Source: an uncultured Verrucomicrobiae bacterium
GTDB taxonomy: Bacteria > Verrucomicrobiota > Verrucomicrobiia > Limisphaerales > UBA11358
DNA length: 64,000 bases
Assembly (NCBI GenBank): GCA_963714695.1
Contig: CAVQPQ010000008.1
Coordinates: 180,656 to 244,655 of the forward strand
Reading direction: 5' to 3'
The notes beneath the pieces were generated by a model. It was not told where the DNA came from. It worked only from the letters and a program-made list of their open reading frames with translations, and ran no database searches. The position numbers and the translations under genes are program-made. Shown one piece after another: positions 7,315 to 17,114 of the stretch. Numbering within the stretch: the first letter of the stretch is position 1; the number at the start of each line of letters is the position of its first letter.

Positions 7315-9872
7315 TCGGCTTGAATGTTCACGGCCTGCGACAAACGCAGATCACGGGAAGAGGCGCCGATGAACACATCGAACGTTCCCGGCGCGAGGGT
7401 CCATTGATTTTTCTTGGGATCGAAAAATTCAAAGGCGCGTTCGCCAAGCGGGATGGCGACGATTCTGGTTTCGCCGGGAGCGAGTTGAACTTTGGCGAAG
7501 CCTTTGAGTTCCCGCACCGGGCGCGGCACTGGGGAATGCCGCGGCCCGACGTAGAGCTGGGCGATTTCCGCGCCTGCGACCGGGCCGGTGTTCGTTACGT
7601 CGAATTCCACCTCGCACGCCGCCGGGCCGGTTTTCTTGATGCGCAGATTGTCATACTTGAACGTGGTGTAGGAAAGACCGTGGCCAAAGGGAAACAGCGG
7701 TTTGATTTTGTTCCGGTCGTAATAACGGTAGCCGACAAAGACGCCTTCGGAATATTTCACCTTGAGGCCGGGATCCTTGTAACCGGCGAATTCCGGCGCC
7801 TCGCTGCGCTTCTGAATATAGGAAAATGGCAGCTTGCCGGACGGATTAATTTCGCCGGTGAGAATCTGCGCCAGTGCCGTCCCGCCTTCCTGTCCGGGAT
7901 AAAGCGCGGCCACAACCGCTTTCGCCTTCGACAGCCAGGGTTTCATCAGCACCGGCACGCCGCCCCAGACAACGACGACGGTGTTGGAATTCACCTGGAG
8001 GACGGCCCGGACCAGTTCGTCCTGTCCTCCGGGCATCTTGAAATCCGCCACGTCGTTGCCTTCTCCTTCCGTATCCGAAGTGTTCCCCACGCAGAGCACC
8101 ACCGCATCCGCGCCCCGCGCTGTCGCCACGGCCTCGGCGATGGTGGGGTCGGGCGTGTGATCCCGGGGATCGCGCCAGCCGAGGCGCATGCCGGCGTCGC
8201 CGCCGCCTTGGTAATACTCGATGCGAAGGTCATAGGCTTTGCCGGCTTCGAGATTTAATGCGCCGGATTTCGGCGACATGCCGTGTTCCCCCCAGTTGTC
8301 CACGACCTTTTTGCCATTTAAATAAAGCCGCGAACCATCGTCGCTGGTGATGGAGAGAAAATATTTCTGTGTCCACGGCGGCACGAGTTTGCCCGTCCAG
8401 CGGATGGAATAATCAGTCGGCTTGAGTCGCGGATCGGGGCTGATGCTGTTCGTCCATTCAAAATCAATTTCGGGATCCACGCGCGTAAAGAGAGGTTTGC
8501 CCTTCAAGTCAGGATTGCCAAAATACTCGCCGAGCAAACCATGATTCGTGCCGTCGGGAGCCAGGAGAAATTCCGAAGCCAGCGTTATGGCTTTCACGGG
8601 ATCCACGTTCACGCCCCCGGCAAACTCAATTTTCACGCGATCGCCGAGGAGATTTTTCATCCCAGCCACCGGACTGACTTTTTCCCACGGCTGGATGGTC
8701 GAACTGCCGCCGCCGCCGGTGCTAGCGATATTGGCCGCCGGCCCGATGAACGCGACGGTTTTCAACTTGTTCCTGGACAGCGGGAGCAGGCCGTCGTTTT
8801 TCAGGAGTACGATGCTTTTTTGAGCCATCTCCAGCGCGAGATCGCGATGGGCAGCGCTGCAAACCACGCTCTCGTCAGGCTTCGGTGAAGGATTCTCAAA
8901 CAAGCCGGTCTCGAACCGCACACGGAGCAGGCGGCGGATTTTGTCGTCAATGGTCTGCTCCGTCACCTGGCCGGATTGGACAGCCTCAAGAAGCTTGTCA
9001 CCGAACCAGATGGGGTGCGGCATTTCAAGATCGAGGCCGTTGTTCGCCGCTGCCACGGCGCTGTGAACCGACACCCAGTCGGACATGACGATGCCTTGGA
9101 AGCCCCAGTCGCCCTTCAAAATGTCGGTGAGCAAATGCCTGTTTTCGCTGCAATGCTGGCCGTTGACGATGTTGTAGGCGGACATGACGGCATGGACTTT
9201 GCCTTCGGTCACGGCTGCCTCGAAAGCGGGCAGATGGATTTCGCGCAACGCCCGCCCGTCCACCACCGAATCGGCGCGGGTCCGCTCCCATTCCTGGTCG
9301 TTGCAGGCGAAATGCTTGACGGTGGCGATGACGTTCTGGCTCTGGACCCCCTGGATGTAGCTCACCGCCATGCGCCCGGAGAGAAACGGGTCTTCCCCGA
9401 AGCTCTCAAAGTTTCGTCCGTTGAGCGGAAAGCGATGAATGCCCACGCACGGACCGAGAATACAGTTTTTGCCCTTGGCCTTGACTTCCTCGGCGAGCGC
9501 AACGCCGTAACGTTGAATCAAATTGGTGTCCCACGAAGCCGCCATGTTGACAGAAGCGGGCCACGCGGTGGCCGCGCCGGTACGCACACCCACCGGCCCG
9601 TCGGTCATGCGGATGGGCGGGATGCCGAGGCGTTCAATGCCGCTGGCGTTAAAACCCGTTTCGTCGCCGCCGAGCATCGTGATCTTTTCCGCCAGCGTCA
9701 GCCGCGGCAGGAGATCGTCAATGCGGGTTTCAACCGGCAGCGAAGGATTCATATATTTTGCGCCGGAAAGATCTTCAGCGACAACCACCCGCAGCGTCAG
9801 GGCGGCATTGAACAGGACCCATCCGGTGACGATGCGCCGGAGCCGGAAATTGCGGGAGTGAATTTTGATCAT
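7311..9872 (-). CDS. glycoside hydrolase family 3 beta-glucosidase with PA14 insert, secreted
   Basis: KHFACNDQE and GIVMSDW (nucleophile Asp) GH3 motifs. PA14-like segment GLLGEYFGNPDLKGKPLF...YDLRIEYYQGGG. N-terminal signal-like segment. Its stop codon overlaps the stop of the convergent PEP-enzyme gene. Confidence 0.9.
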   Translation of the reverse strand: MIKIHSRNFRLRRIVTGWVLFNAALTLRVVVAEDLSGAKYMNPSLPVETRIDDLLPRLTLAEKITMLGGDETGFNASGIERLGIPPIRMTDGPVGVRTGAATAWPASVNMAASWDTNLIQRYGVALAEEVKAKGKNCILGPCVGIHRFPLNGRNFESFGEDPFLSGRMAVSYIQGVQSQNVIATVKHFACNDQEWERTRADSVVDGRALREIHLPAFEAAVTEGKVHAVMSAYNIVNGQHCSENRHLLTDILKGDWGFQGIVMSDWVSVHSAVAAANNGLDLEMPHPIWFGDKLLEAVQSGQVTEQTIDDKIRRLLRVRFETGLFENPSPKPDESVVCSAAHRDLALEMAQKSIVLLKNDGLLPLSRNKLKTVAFIGPAANIASTGGGGSSTIQPWEKVSPVAGMKNLLGDRVKIEFAGGVNVDPVKAITLASEFLLAPDGTNHGLLGEYFGNPDLKGKPLFTRVDPEIDFEWTNSISPDPRLKPTDYSIRWTGKLVPPWTQKYFLSITSDDGSRLYLNGKKVVDNWGEHGMSPKSGALNLEAGKAYDLRIEYYQGGGDAGMRLGWRDPRDHTPDPTIAEAVATARGADAVVLCVGNTSDTEGEGNDVADFKMPGGQDELVRAVLQVNSNTVVVVWGGVPVLMKPWLSKAKAVVAALYPGQEGGTALAQILTGEINPSGKLPFSYIQKRSEAPEFAGYKDPGLKVKYSEGVFVGYRYYDRNKIKPLFPFGHGLSYTTFKYDNLRIKKTGPAACEVEFDVTNTGPVAGAEIAQLYVGPRHSPVPRPVRELKGFAKVQLAPGETRIVAIPLGERAFEFFDPKKNQWTLAPGTFDVFIGASSRDLRLSQAVNIQAD

Positions 9873-9929
9873 CTGGTTTTAGTATTGATGGTTCGAATAG
9901 GCGTCGGTCCCAACAATATGGATTTTTGC

Positions 9930-10029
9930 TTTTCCCATCGCCATCGCTAACAACCCCATCCTGCGCCAACCGCATTCATGGCTCAACTGAAATTCAGCTC
10001 TCGAAAGTCAATTCTCCGCCGAGTGCAGG
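9930..10029 (+). repeat. R1 intergenic repeat, copy E (full length)
   Basis: CTTTTCCCATCGCCATCGCTAACAACCCCATCCTGCGCCAACCGCATTCATGGCTCAACTGAAATTCAGCTCTCGAAAGTCAATTCTCCGCCGAGTGCAGG. Confidence 0.85.
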
Positions 10030-10108
10030 TTGCCGGTGCCGGCGCGGAAGATGATGTTCGTCTGGTCCAGATTGCCGGGACCGGAGGCCGACGCTCCGTT
10101 GGAATTTA

Positions 10109-10780
10109 TTACACCAACGCACGGAACGTCCGCCGCACGCACGAATCTTTCAAAGCTTTCCCGGGGTCAAAATGTCCGCCCAGCCACGGCAAACAAAAAA
10201 TCCGCTTCGCGTCCAGAAATTCTGCCAGCAGGCTGGCATTTGTCGGAGTGGAAGCGTCCGTCTTTGACGGCGACATCAACACGACGCGCGCCCGGCACGA
10301 TGCGCTTCGCGGCAAGGCGGCGAGGTTCAGTAAAATCTGATTCAACGCGCCAAGCCGGTTGGGGCAGACAACCATCGGTGTTGCCCGCAAGGTCACGATG
10401 AGTTCGCGCGAGTTAAATTTCTCGCCCAGCGGACTGAGCAGACCACCCGCCCCCTCAACCAGTACCACGTCAAAACGCTCTTGCATCGCGCGGATGTGCG
10501 CGAGTACGCGGGCAAGTGCGACCGGCTTGCGTTCGCAGCGGGCGGCGAGCAACGGCGCGATCGGCGCGCGAAAATGCCACGGATTGACTTCGTCGAGCGT
10601 GAGTGAACCAGCTGCCGCGGCGTGAAGCGCACGGGCGTCGGCGCGGTCGCCGGAGCAAACCGGTTTGAGTGCCACGGCATTGATGCCGCGTTCCCGCAAG
10701 CAGCGCGTCAGCAGCGCCGTCAGCACGGTTTTGCCAACGCCGGTGTCCGTGCCGGTGATGAAGAAGGTCGTTCGTTTCAT
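10109..10780 (-). CDS. bioD: dethiobiotin synthase
   Basis: MKRTTFFITGTDTGVGKTVLTALL P-loop typical of BioD. Start trimmed from the ORF-track 10828 to the ATG preceding this motif. Confidence 0.85.
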   Translation of the reverse strand: MKRTTFFITGTDTGVGKTVLTALLTRCLRERGINAVALKPVCSGDRADARALHAAAAGSLTLDEVNPWHFRAPIAPLLAARCERKPVALARVLAHIRAMQERFDVVLVEGAGGLLSPLGEKFNSRELIVTLRATPMVVCPNRLGALNQILLNLAALPRSASCRARVVLMSPSKTDASTPTNASLLAEFLDAKRIFCLPWLGGHFDPGKALKDSCVRRTFRALV

Positions 10781-10886
10781 TCCGGCAACATCAAAGCGGA
10801 AACCCCGCAGACAAGCCATCAAAACCATTGACGGGCACAGCGCGGTTCATTTATGTTAAAGGGCTCGCTGACCAGCGGGAATTATT

Positions 10887-12209
10887 GTGAATATCACCGT
10901 CGAAACTCTGGCCCCGTGCAAAAAATTGCTGCGGGTGGAACTGGACGCGAAGGCCGTGGATGAAACCTTCGACGCCGTCACCAAGGATTTTCAGAAACAG
11001 GCTTCGCTGCCCGGCTTTCGTCCCGGCAAGGCGCCCCGCCCCCTGGTGCTCAAAAAATACGAGGTGGACATCAAGGACGAGGTCAAACGCAAGCTCATCG
11101 GCGATTCGTACCGCAAGGCGCTGGACGAGAAAAAGATTGCCGTCATTGGCTACCCGGACATCGAGGAAATCCAGTTTGGCCGCGGCCAGGCGCTGCAATT
11201 TGCCGCCACCATCGAGACCGCGCCGGAATTTCAATTGCCGGAATACAAAGGCCTGCCGGCCAAACGCGAGGCGAAATCGGTCACCGCGGCGGACGTGGAT
11301 CGCGCCATCGAATTGCTCGCCCGGCAGCACACAAAGTTTGAGACGGTTGCGCGCGAGTTGCGCCGGGGCGACGTGGCGGTGGTGAATTACACCGGCACGT
11401 GCGACGGCAAACCGATCACCGACACCGCGCCGACGGCGAAAGGCTTGACGGAGCAGAAAAATTTCTGGGTGGACGCCGCGCCGGACTCGTTTGTCCCCGG
11501 TTTTGCCGATCAGATCATCGGCGCGAAAGCGGGCGACCGGCGCACGGTGAACGTGGTGTTTCCCGCCGATTTCGTGACGAAACAGCTCGCCGGCAAGAAG
11601 GGCGTGTTTGAAGTCGAAGTCGTCGAGGTGAAGGAAAAGAGTTTGCCGCCGATTGACGACGCGTTCGCCAAAAAATATGACGCGGAAAACCTGGCGAAGC
11701 TCCGCGAGGGCGTGCAACGGGATCTGGAGAATGAATTGAAATATTCGCAGGCCAAGGTGGTTCGCGGCCAGATCATCCGTGCGCTCCTCACCGCCACGAA
11801 TTTTGATTTGCCGGAAACTGCCGTCGCGCACGAAACCCGCACCGTGGTTTACAACATCGTCCGCGAAAACACGCAGCGCGGCGTGGCGCGCGATTTGATT
11901 GAAAAGCAGAAGGACGAAATTTATTCCGCCGCGGCGCAGAGCGCAAAAGAGCGCGTGAAATTGTCATTCCTGATCCAGCGCATCGCCGAGAAAGAGGGCA
12001 TCCAGGTGTCGCAGGACGAGGTTTTGAAGCGTGTGCAGTCGCTGGCGGCGGCGTATCAGATTCCGCTGGAGAAATTTCTCAAGGACCTGCAGAAGCGCAA
12101 CGGCGTGGCGGAGCTTTACGAACAGATTGCCCATGAAAAAGTGCTCGCGTTCCTCGAACAAAACGCCAAAATCGAGGAAATTCCCGCGGTTGCCGCAAAA
12201 GCCGGTTGA
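10887..12209 (+). CDS. tig: trigger factor
   Basis: Ribosome-binding signature PGFRPGKAP near the N-terminus. Central FKBP-like region. 440 aa. GTG start. Confidence 0.93.
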   Translation: MNITVETLAPCKKLLRVELDAKAVDETFDAVTKDFQKQASLPGFRPGKAPRPLVLKKYEVDIKDEVKRKLIGDSYRKALDEKKIAVIGYPDIEEIQFGRGQALQFAATIETAPEFQLPEYKGLPAKREAKSVTAADVDRAIELLARQHTKFETVARELRRGDVAVVNYTGTCDGKPITDTAPTAKGLTEQKNFWVDAAPDSFVPGFADQIIGAKAGDRRTVNVVFPADFVTKQLAGKKGVFEVEVVEVKEKSLPPIDDAFAKKYDAENLAKLREGVQRDLENELKYSQAKVVRGQIIRALLTATNFDLPETAVAHETRTVVYNIVRENTQRGVARDLIEKQKDEIYSAAAQSAKERVKLSFLIQRIAEKEGIQVSQDEVLKRVQSLAAAYQIPLEKFLKDLQKRNGVAELYEQIAHEKVLAFLEQNAKIEEIPAVAAKAG

Positions 12210-12353
12210 ACGACAGTCGGGTGGCAACTTCGGCCGCGGCGCCGGGTTTATGGGACGGGCGCGAGTGCGAATTAACCGAATGGTTACCTTCGTGAACGCC
12301 GGAGCGTCTTAAGTTTGATGAAGTTCGGCAAAGGCCGCAAAAGTTGCAGCACC

Positions 12354-13940
12354 ATGAAAAGTTACAGCGTTCTTTTGGCTTTCATTCTCACGGCAACATC
12401 AGTCGTTGCCCAAACGGAGACGAATACGGCGGTCAGGCCGGCAGACAACAATGCCCCGGCCACCCCCGCCGCCGCCACCCAAACGGACATGAACACGATG
12501 GCGGCCACCACCCCGGCGCGCGCAATGTCGCTGGAAGATTGCATTCAGCAAGCCTTGCAGCACAACCTCGACGTGCAAATCGAGCGCTACGCCCCGCAAA
12601 TCTCGCTCTACAATTTGCGCTCTGACTACGGCGGCTACGATCCGACCTTCAATATTTCCGGCCAGCACCAATATAATGACACCGGGCCGGATTTCCAAAA
12701 CGCCGTGCATATTGCCGGAACGTCCTATGAGGAAAACAGTTTCAATTCCGGTTTAAACGGCTCGATGCCGTGGGGCATGACTTATAATTTCAGCGGCAAT
12801 GTTTCGCACACTTACGACTACAACCTCAACTCGCCAATATTTACCAACAGTGACAATTCCGGCGGTCAGATCGGGGTCAGTCTAACGCAGCCGTTGCTGA
12901 AAAACCTCTGGGTTGACCAGACCCGGCTGAACATCCGGGTTGGCAAAAATCGGTTGCAATATTCTGAACAAGGCCTCCGCCTGCAAGTCATCACGTCCGT
13001 TACCGCCGTCGAAAACGCCTATTATGAACTCATTTACGCACAGGAAAACGTGCAGGTGCAGCAGGAGGCGCTCATCCTCGCCCAGACCCAACTGGATCAG
13101 GACCGGCAACGCGTGCAAATCGGCACGCTGGCACAGTTGGACGTGCAGCAGGACGAGGCACAGGTGGCCACGAGCAAGGCGAATTTGATCGCCGCGCAAT
13201 ACACGCTGGCCACGGACCAAAACACCCTGAAGAACCTGCTCACCGACGATTATTCGCACTGGCATGACACGGACATCCAGCCCACCGCAACGATCACCAA
13301 TGCCCCGCTCCAGTTATTCGACTTGCAGGACAGTTGGAGCAAGGGCATGGCTGAACGCCCCGATCTGTTGCAAGCCAAGCTGAACGTGGAACAGCAAGGC
13401 ATTCAATTGAAGTTTTATTACAACCAGCTTTTCCCGGAGTTGGATTTGATCGGCACCTACGGTTTCAATGGCACGGGAGAGCAATTCCGCGACACGTTCA
13501 ACCAGTTTGGCGAAGGCAGCCGGCCATTTTACAGCTATGGCGCGCAACTCTCCGTTCCCCTCAGCAACGTCGGCCCGCGCAATCAATACAAGGCCGGCAA
13601 AGTGACGATGCAACAACTGCTCCTGCAGCTCAAACAGTTCGAGCAAAACGTCATGGTGGAGATTGACAATGCGGTGAAACAAGCCCAGTCCGCCCATGAA
13701 AGCGTGGGCGCCACCCGGCAGGCGCGCATCTACGCCGAGGCCGCCCTCGATGCCGAACAGAAAAAATACGCTGTCGGCAAAAGCACCACCTTCACCGTGC
13801 TGCAACTCCAGAACACCCTCACTGCCGACCGCGGGCAGGAAATCCGCGCGCTCGCCAACTATTACGAAGCCCTCGTCAACCTCTCGCAGCAGGAAGGCAG
13901 CACGCTGGAACGCAATCACATCAACATCGAAGTGAAGTAA
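12354..13940 (+). CDS. TolC-family outer membrane efflux protein
   Basis: Signal peptide MKSYSVLLAFILTATSVVAQ, then two OEP-type coiled repeats (LEDCIQQALQHNLDVQ..., ...ALVNLSQQEGS). An alternative upstream start lies at 12315. Confidence 0.85.
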   Translation: MKSYSVLLAFILTATSVVAQTETNTAVRPADNNAPATPAAATQTDMNTMAATTPARAMSLEDCIQQALQHNLDVQIERYAPQISLYNLRSDYGGYDPTFNISGQHQYNDTGPDFQNAVHIAGTSYEENSFNSGLNGSMPWGMTYNFSGNVSHTYDYNLNSPIFTNSDNSGGQIGVSLTQPLLKNLWVDQTRLNIRVGKNRLQYSEQGLRLQVITSVTAVENAYYELIYAQENVQVQQEALILAQTQLDQDRQRVQIGTLAQLDVQQDEAQVATSKANLIAAQYTLATDQNTLKNLLTDDYSHWHDTDIQPTATITNAPLQLFDLQDSWSKGMAERPDLLQAKLNVEQQGIQLKFYYNQLFPELDLIGTYGFNGTGEQFRDTFNQFGEGSRPFYSYGAQLSVPLSNVGPRNQYKAGKVTMQQLLLQLKQFEQNVMVEIDNAVKQAQSAHESVGATRQARIYAEAALDAEQKKYAVGKSTTFTVLQLQNTLTADRGQEIRALANYYEALVNLSQQEGSTLERNHINIEVK

Positions 13941-14033
13941 GCCGCGGCAGTCGGTTGACCGTCGTAAATCAGCCGGGGATCCTTCTGAATCGGCCGATGG
14001 CGCACGCGTGAATTGCGCGCCCTCTCAAAAAAT

Positions 14034-14753
14034 TCACCAAAAATGCCAGGCTCCGCGCCAAACGACCCACAAACCGAGCAGAAAATTCGTGATTGCGTGC
14101 GCGGTCATCGCATCGCCAAGCCGGTTCTTGCGAATCACCAGCCATTGATAGGCCGCGCCGCATAAAATGCCGGCCAGCCACTCGTTGTGCGAAAAGCCGA
14201 AAACGGCGGCGGTGGCCAGAAACGGCGTCCAGGAAAAATGGTTGAGCGGGATGGCCTGGAAATCCGGTTTGGCGATGTAGCGATACAAAAACGAACGGTA
14301 AAAAACCTCCTCCAGCGGCGGCACGATGAACGTCGAACCGGCGATTCGCACCACAATAATCAACCACGCGAGCGCCGAACCATCACCAAATTGTGCATTG
14401 GGGTTCCAGGTTTTTAATGGAGCGCCCAAAGGATGGGTCAAGCCGAACTTTGCCCAAAGCGAGTTTTGCGTCGTCCATTCCCCGGTGATACCCACCCAGG
14501 CGACAAATACCGCCGCCCCCACCACGATTGCCTCCCAGCTGATCGCCCAGCGCATTTCGGAAACGAACGGGCGCATTTCCCAAATCAGCCACGCGCCAGC
14601 AAGTGTTTTGGCCAGATAAAACCAGTAGGCCGAGGCCGCGCCGAATATTCCCTGGCAAAACGTCAGCGCGAGGAAAATGACGAACGGCGCGACCCGGACG
14701 AACAACGGTGACGCGGCGAATGGTTTGCGCAAATACATCGGGTTAGAAACCAA
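14034..14753 (-). CDS. CPBP-family intramembrane metalloprotease (CAAX protease-like)
   Basis: Polytopic protein with EEVFYRSFLY, FGFSHNEW and HAITNF motifs (EExxxR / FxxxH / HxxxN). Confidence 0.8.
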   Translation of the reverse strand: MVSNPMYLRKPFAASPLFVRVAPFVIFLALTFCQGIFGAASAYWFYLAKTLAGAWLIWEMRPFVSEMRWAISWEAIVVGAAVFVAWVGITGEWTTQNSLWAKFGLTHPLGAPLKTWNPNAQFGDGSALAWLIIVVRIAGSTFIVPPLEEVFYRSFLYRYIAKPDFQAIPLNHFSWTPFLATAAVFGFSHNEWLAGILCGAAYQWLVIRKNRLGDAMTAHAITNFLLGLWVVWRGAWHFW

Positions 14754-15005
14754 GGAATGGTTTTTGCCGGAAACCAGCCACAGCCTCCAGCGCGATGATG
14801 TTCTTCAAGCTTTCTTTCACGTGAAAATCGCCCACAGCCGGTCGGATTGTAAACGATGCCTTGCAATTTGCAATGGCGGCCCGCCAGAGGTGGTGGTAAA
14901 GTTTGGACGCTGAACACTGGCGGCTCTTAGGCAAACTATGCCACCACCCTGCCGGATGTTTGTTTGCTTCGTTTCTTCGACGCGTTCCGGTGCATCGTGG
15001 CAGGC

Positions 15006-15821
15006 TTAAACCTTAATGTTGCCTTCGAGTTCGCGGATGGCGCGGCCCACCAGCCGGAAGTTGATGCGTTTGCTGTGTTCCACAAAACCGGCGAGCAACG
15101 CCTTGTCACAAATGGAGTTGACCAGCCGGGGAATGCCGTGGCTGTAACCAAAAATCCTCCAGAACGCCGGCCCGGTAAAATGGGGCACGCCGTTGGCGCC
15201 GGCCAGTTCGAGCCGGTACTTGATGTATTGGACCACCTCGGCCCGGCTCAACGGCGCGAGATGATAACGCACCGAGATGCGCTGGCGCAACTGGCGGAGG
15301 CGCGGGCTGTCGAGCCGGGCGCGCAATTCCGGCTGCCCCATCAAAATGATTTGCAGCAGTTTGCGGTTGTCCAGTTCGAGATTTGACAAAAGCCGCACCT
15401 GTTCGAGCAATTCGTCGGTGAGATTTTGCGCCTCGTCAATGATCAGCACCACGTCCTTGCATTGCTCAACCTGATCGAGCAGAAAATTGTTGATGGCCGC
15501 GAGCGTGCCGTGCCGGTCCAGGTCTTTGACGTTCAGACGGAACTCCGTGCCAATGGCCTTCATCAATTCATCCGCGTTCAGCACCGGGTTGAGGATGACT
15601 GCGGTGGTAAAATTAATGTCGAGCTGCCGAAGCATCGCGCGGCAGATCGTCGTTTTGCCCGCACCGACCTCGCCGGTGAGCTGCACAAAGCCCTTGCGCT
15701 CCCGGATGCCGTAAAGCAGATGATTGTACGCCTCGCGATGCTTCCGGCTTTGAAACAGGAAGCGCGGGTTCGGCGTGAGGTCGAACGGCGACTGCTTTAA
15801 CTTGTAGAAGTCAAGATACAC
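15006..15821 (-). CDS. ExeA/GspA-like AAA ATPase
   Basis: FYKLKQSPFDLTPNPRFLF N-terminus. Walker A GEVGAGKTT. Walker B VVLIIDEAQNL. 271 aa. Confidence 0.85.
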   Translation of the reverse strand: MYLDFYKLKQSPFDLTPNPRFLFQSRKHREAYNHLLYGIRERKGFVQLTGEVGAGKTTICRAMLRQLDINFTTAVILNPVLNADELMKAIGTEFRLNVKDLDRHGTLAAINNFLLDQVEQCKDVVLIIDEAQNLTDELLEQVRLLSNLELDNRKLLQIILMGQPELRARLDSPRLRQLRQRISVRYHLAPLSRAEVVQYIKYRLELAGANGVPHFTGPAFWRIFGYSHGIPRLVNSICDKALLAGFVEHSKRINFRLVGRAIRELEGNIKV

Positions 15822-15954
15822 ACCAATTTATAAGCAAGAATCATGCAAACGGCAAAGTAAAGGTTTTCCCTCAATATTTTCCGCCTTGCGTCAAATATTT
15901 GGACGGTTAGTGGTTGATAATAAACACTATACACAATATGGAGGTTCTGCTCTG

Positions 15955-16911
15955 TTAGATTGTTGCTGATAGCATTTCCTCAATTGTCCAAGCGTGATCG
16001 GTCAATTTCGCTGCCATTGCCGGGGTCTGGCCGTGTGCCGAATGGACACGGCAGAAATTGAAGTGGGCAACGAACAGGGCAACGGCCAGTTTGTGGTTTT
16101 CCAGCTTCTTTGAGTGACCGAGGGTGCAACGGGTGAATCGGCGGGTGAAAGTCCTCACGGAAAGGTTTGTGCGCTCGGCGTGTGCGGTTGTCGCCATTGT
16201 TATGTCGGGATTGCCGATGCGACGGCGGCGGCGGAAGCCAATCACCTGACGCGGCAGGAATTCGCCCGGCTTGCCAAAGTATTTCGTTTCGGTGCAATAA
16301 TCCACTTCCTTGCCAAACACGGATGCGACCGTGCCACCGACACCGGAATAGCCCTTGTAGCCGTCCGTTACCAGTTGCATCCGGTTTGCCATGCGGGTTT
16401 TCAAGTCCCCAAAAAATTGATCTGCGTTATCGCGTGTGCGCTTGCCGACAAGCCAATTGATTATCAGCTTTGAATCGCGGGCAACGGAAAGAAAAGTGAA
16501 CTGGCCGCCGCGTTCGGTTTCTTTCGGCAATGCGTTTTCCTGACGACACCCGACAAAAGTATAAACCTCGTCCGCTTGAACCACGCTGGCGTTCACGTTG
16601 CGGACTTTGGCGTCCAGAAACGCAGCGGCCTTTTGTCCGGCAGTTTCGAGGATGTTCAAAACCGTTTCCTGATTCAAACCTGTCAGGCGGGAAACGGCGC
16701 GGATGCCCATTGATTCACAGAGCAAGTTTACCACTTGGCAGGCTTGTTTGAAGTCCACACGCAAGCCATCCAGCGGTTGCGATTCGCTCATTGTTTTACC
16801 GCATTTCAAACAGCGGTAACGCTGGACAATGCGGTTATGATTTTGGAAACGACCAAACTTCTTGGTTTCACCGGAGCAACAATAACAGTTCACTTGACCT
16901 TTTCCGGCCAA
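15955..16911 (-). mobile_element. IS1-family transposase gene (single fused ORF); element ends not resolved
   Basis: N-terminal zinc finger CYCCSGE...CLKCGKT and an HTH-like region. DDE region with QADEVYTFV, LVTDGYKGY and HAERTNLSVRTFTRRFTRCTLGHSKKLENH, which closely resembles the IS1 InsB C-terminus. I could not define terminal inverted repeats by eye. Confidence 0.8.
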
Positions 16912-17038
16912 GTCCTAAAGTGGTTATGTATCTTTGATCGGATACCACTGAAGGCTTCGGCCTTTGGTTGCGCCCTGTCGGTGTTAGAAGCACTGGCAGG
17001 GCTTTGTTTTGTATTCAGTTCACATGGGTATTATATGC

Positions 17039-17052
17039 TTGCTTGCAAGCAA
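17039..17052. promoter_or_regulatory. perfect 14-bp palindrome TTGCTTGCAAGCAA (candidate operator)
   Basis: Embedded in ATGCTTGCTTGCAAGCAATGCAAGCAT. Further GCTTGC/GCAAGC half-sites occur at ~17055, ~17070 and ~17107, flanking the promoter of the P63C-like gene. Confidence 0.5.
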
Positions 17053-17077
17053 TGCAAGCATTATTTTTAGCAAGCAC

Positions 17078-17105
17078 TTGACTTTCTTTCTGGTCGTGAT
17101 AATCT
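17078..17105 (+). promoter_or_regulatory. putative sigma70-type promoter
   Basis: TTGACT (17078-17083), 16-nt spacer, TAATCT (17100-17105). The ATG at 17115 follows within ~10 nt. Confidence 0.5.
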
Positions 17106-17114
17106 GTGCTTGCT

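Noticed and set aside
1141-10029. R1 repeats as canonical integron attC sites.
   Set aside because: The core contains GCTCAAC (RYYYAAC-like), which reads GTTGAGC (GTTRRRY-like) on the other strand. I cannot find the matching inverse core at a suitable distance in any copy. Conservation extends on both sides of the putative core, and no intI gene is in the window. I kept it only as one hypothesis to test with a covariance model.
15822-17038. Terminal inverted repeats of the IS1-family element.
   Set aside because: Only weak similarity was seen between the two flanks (AGTGGTT..GAT on both sides, plus a local AGTGGTTAT...ATACCACT hairpin on the right). This is not enough to call the ends or a target-site duplication without alignment to other copies.
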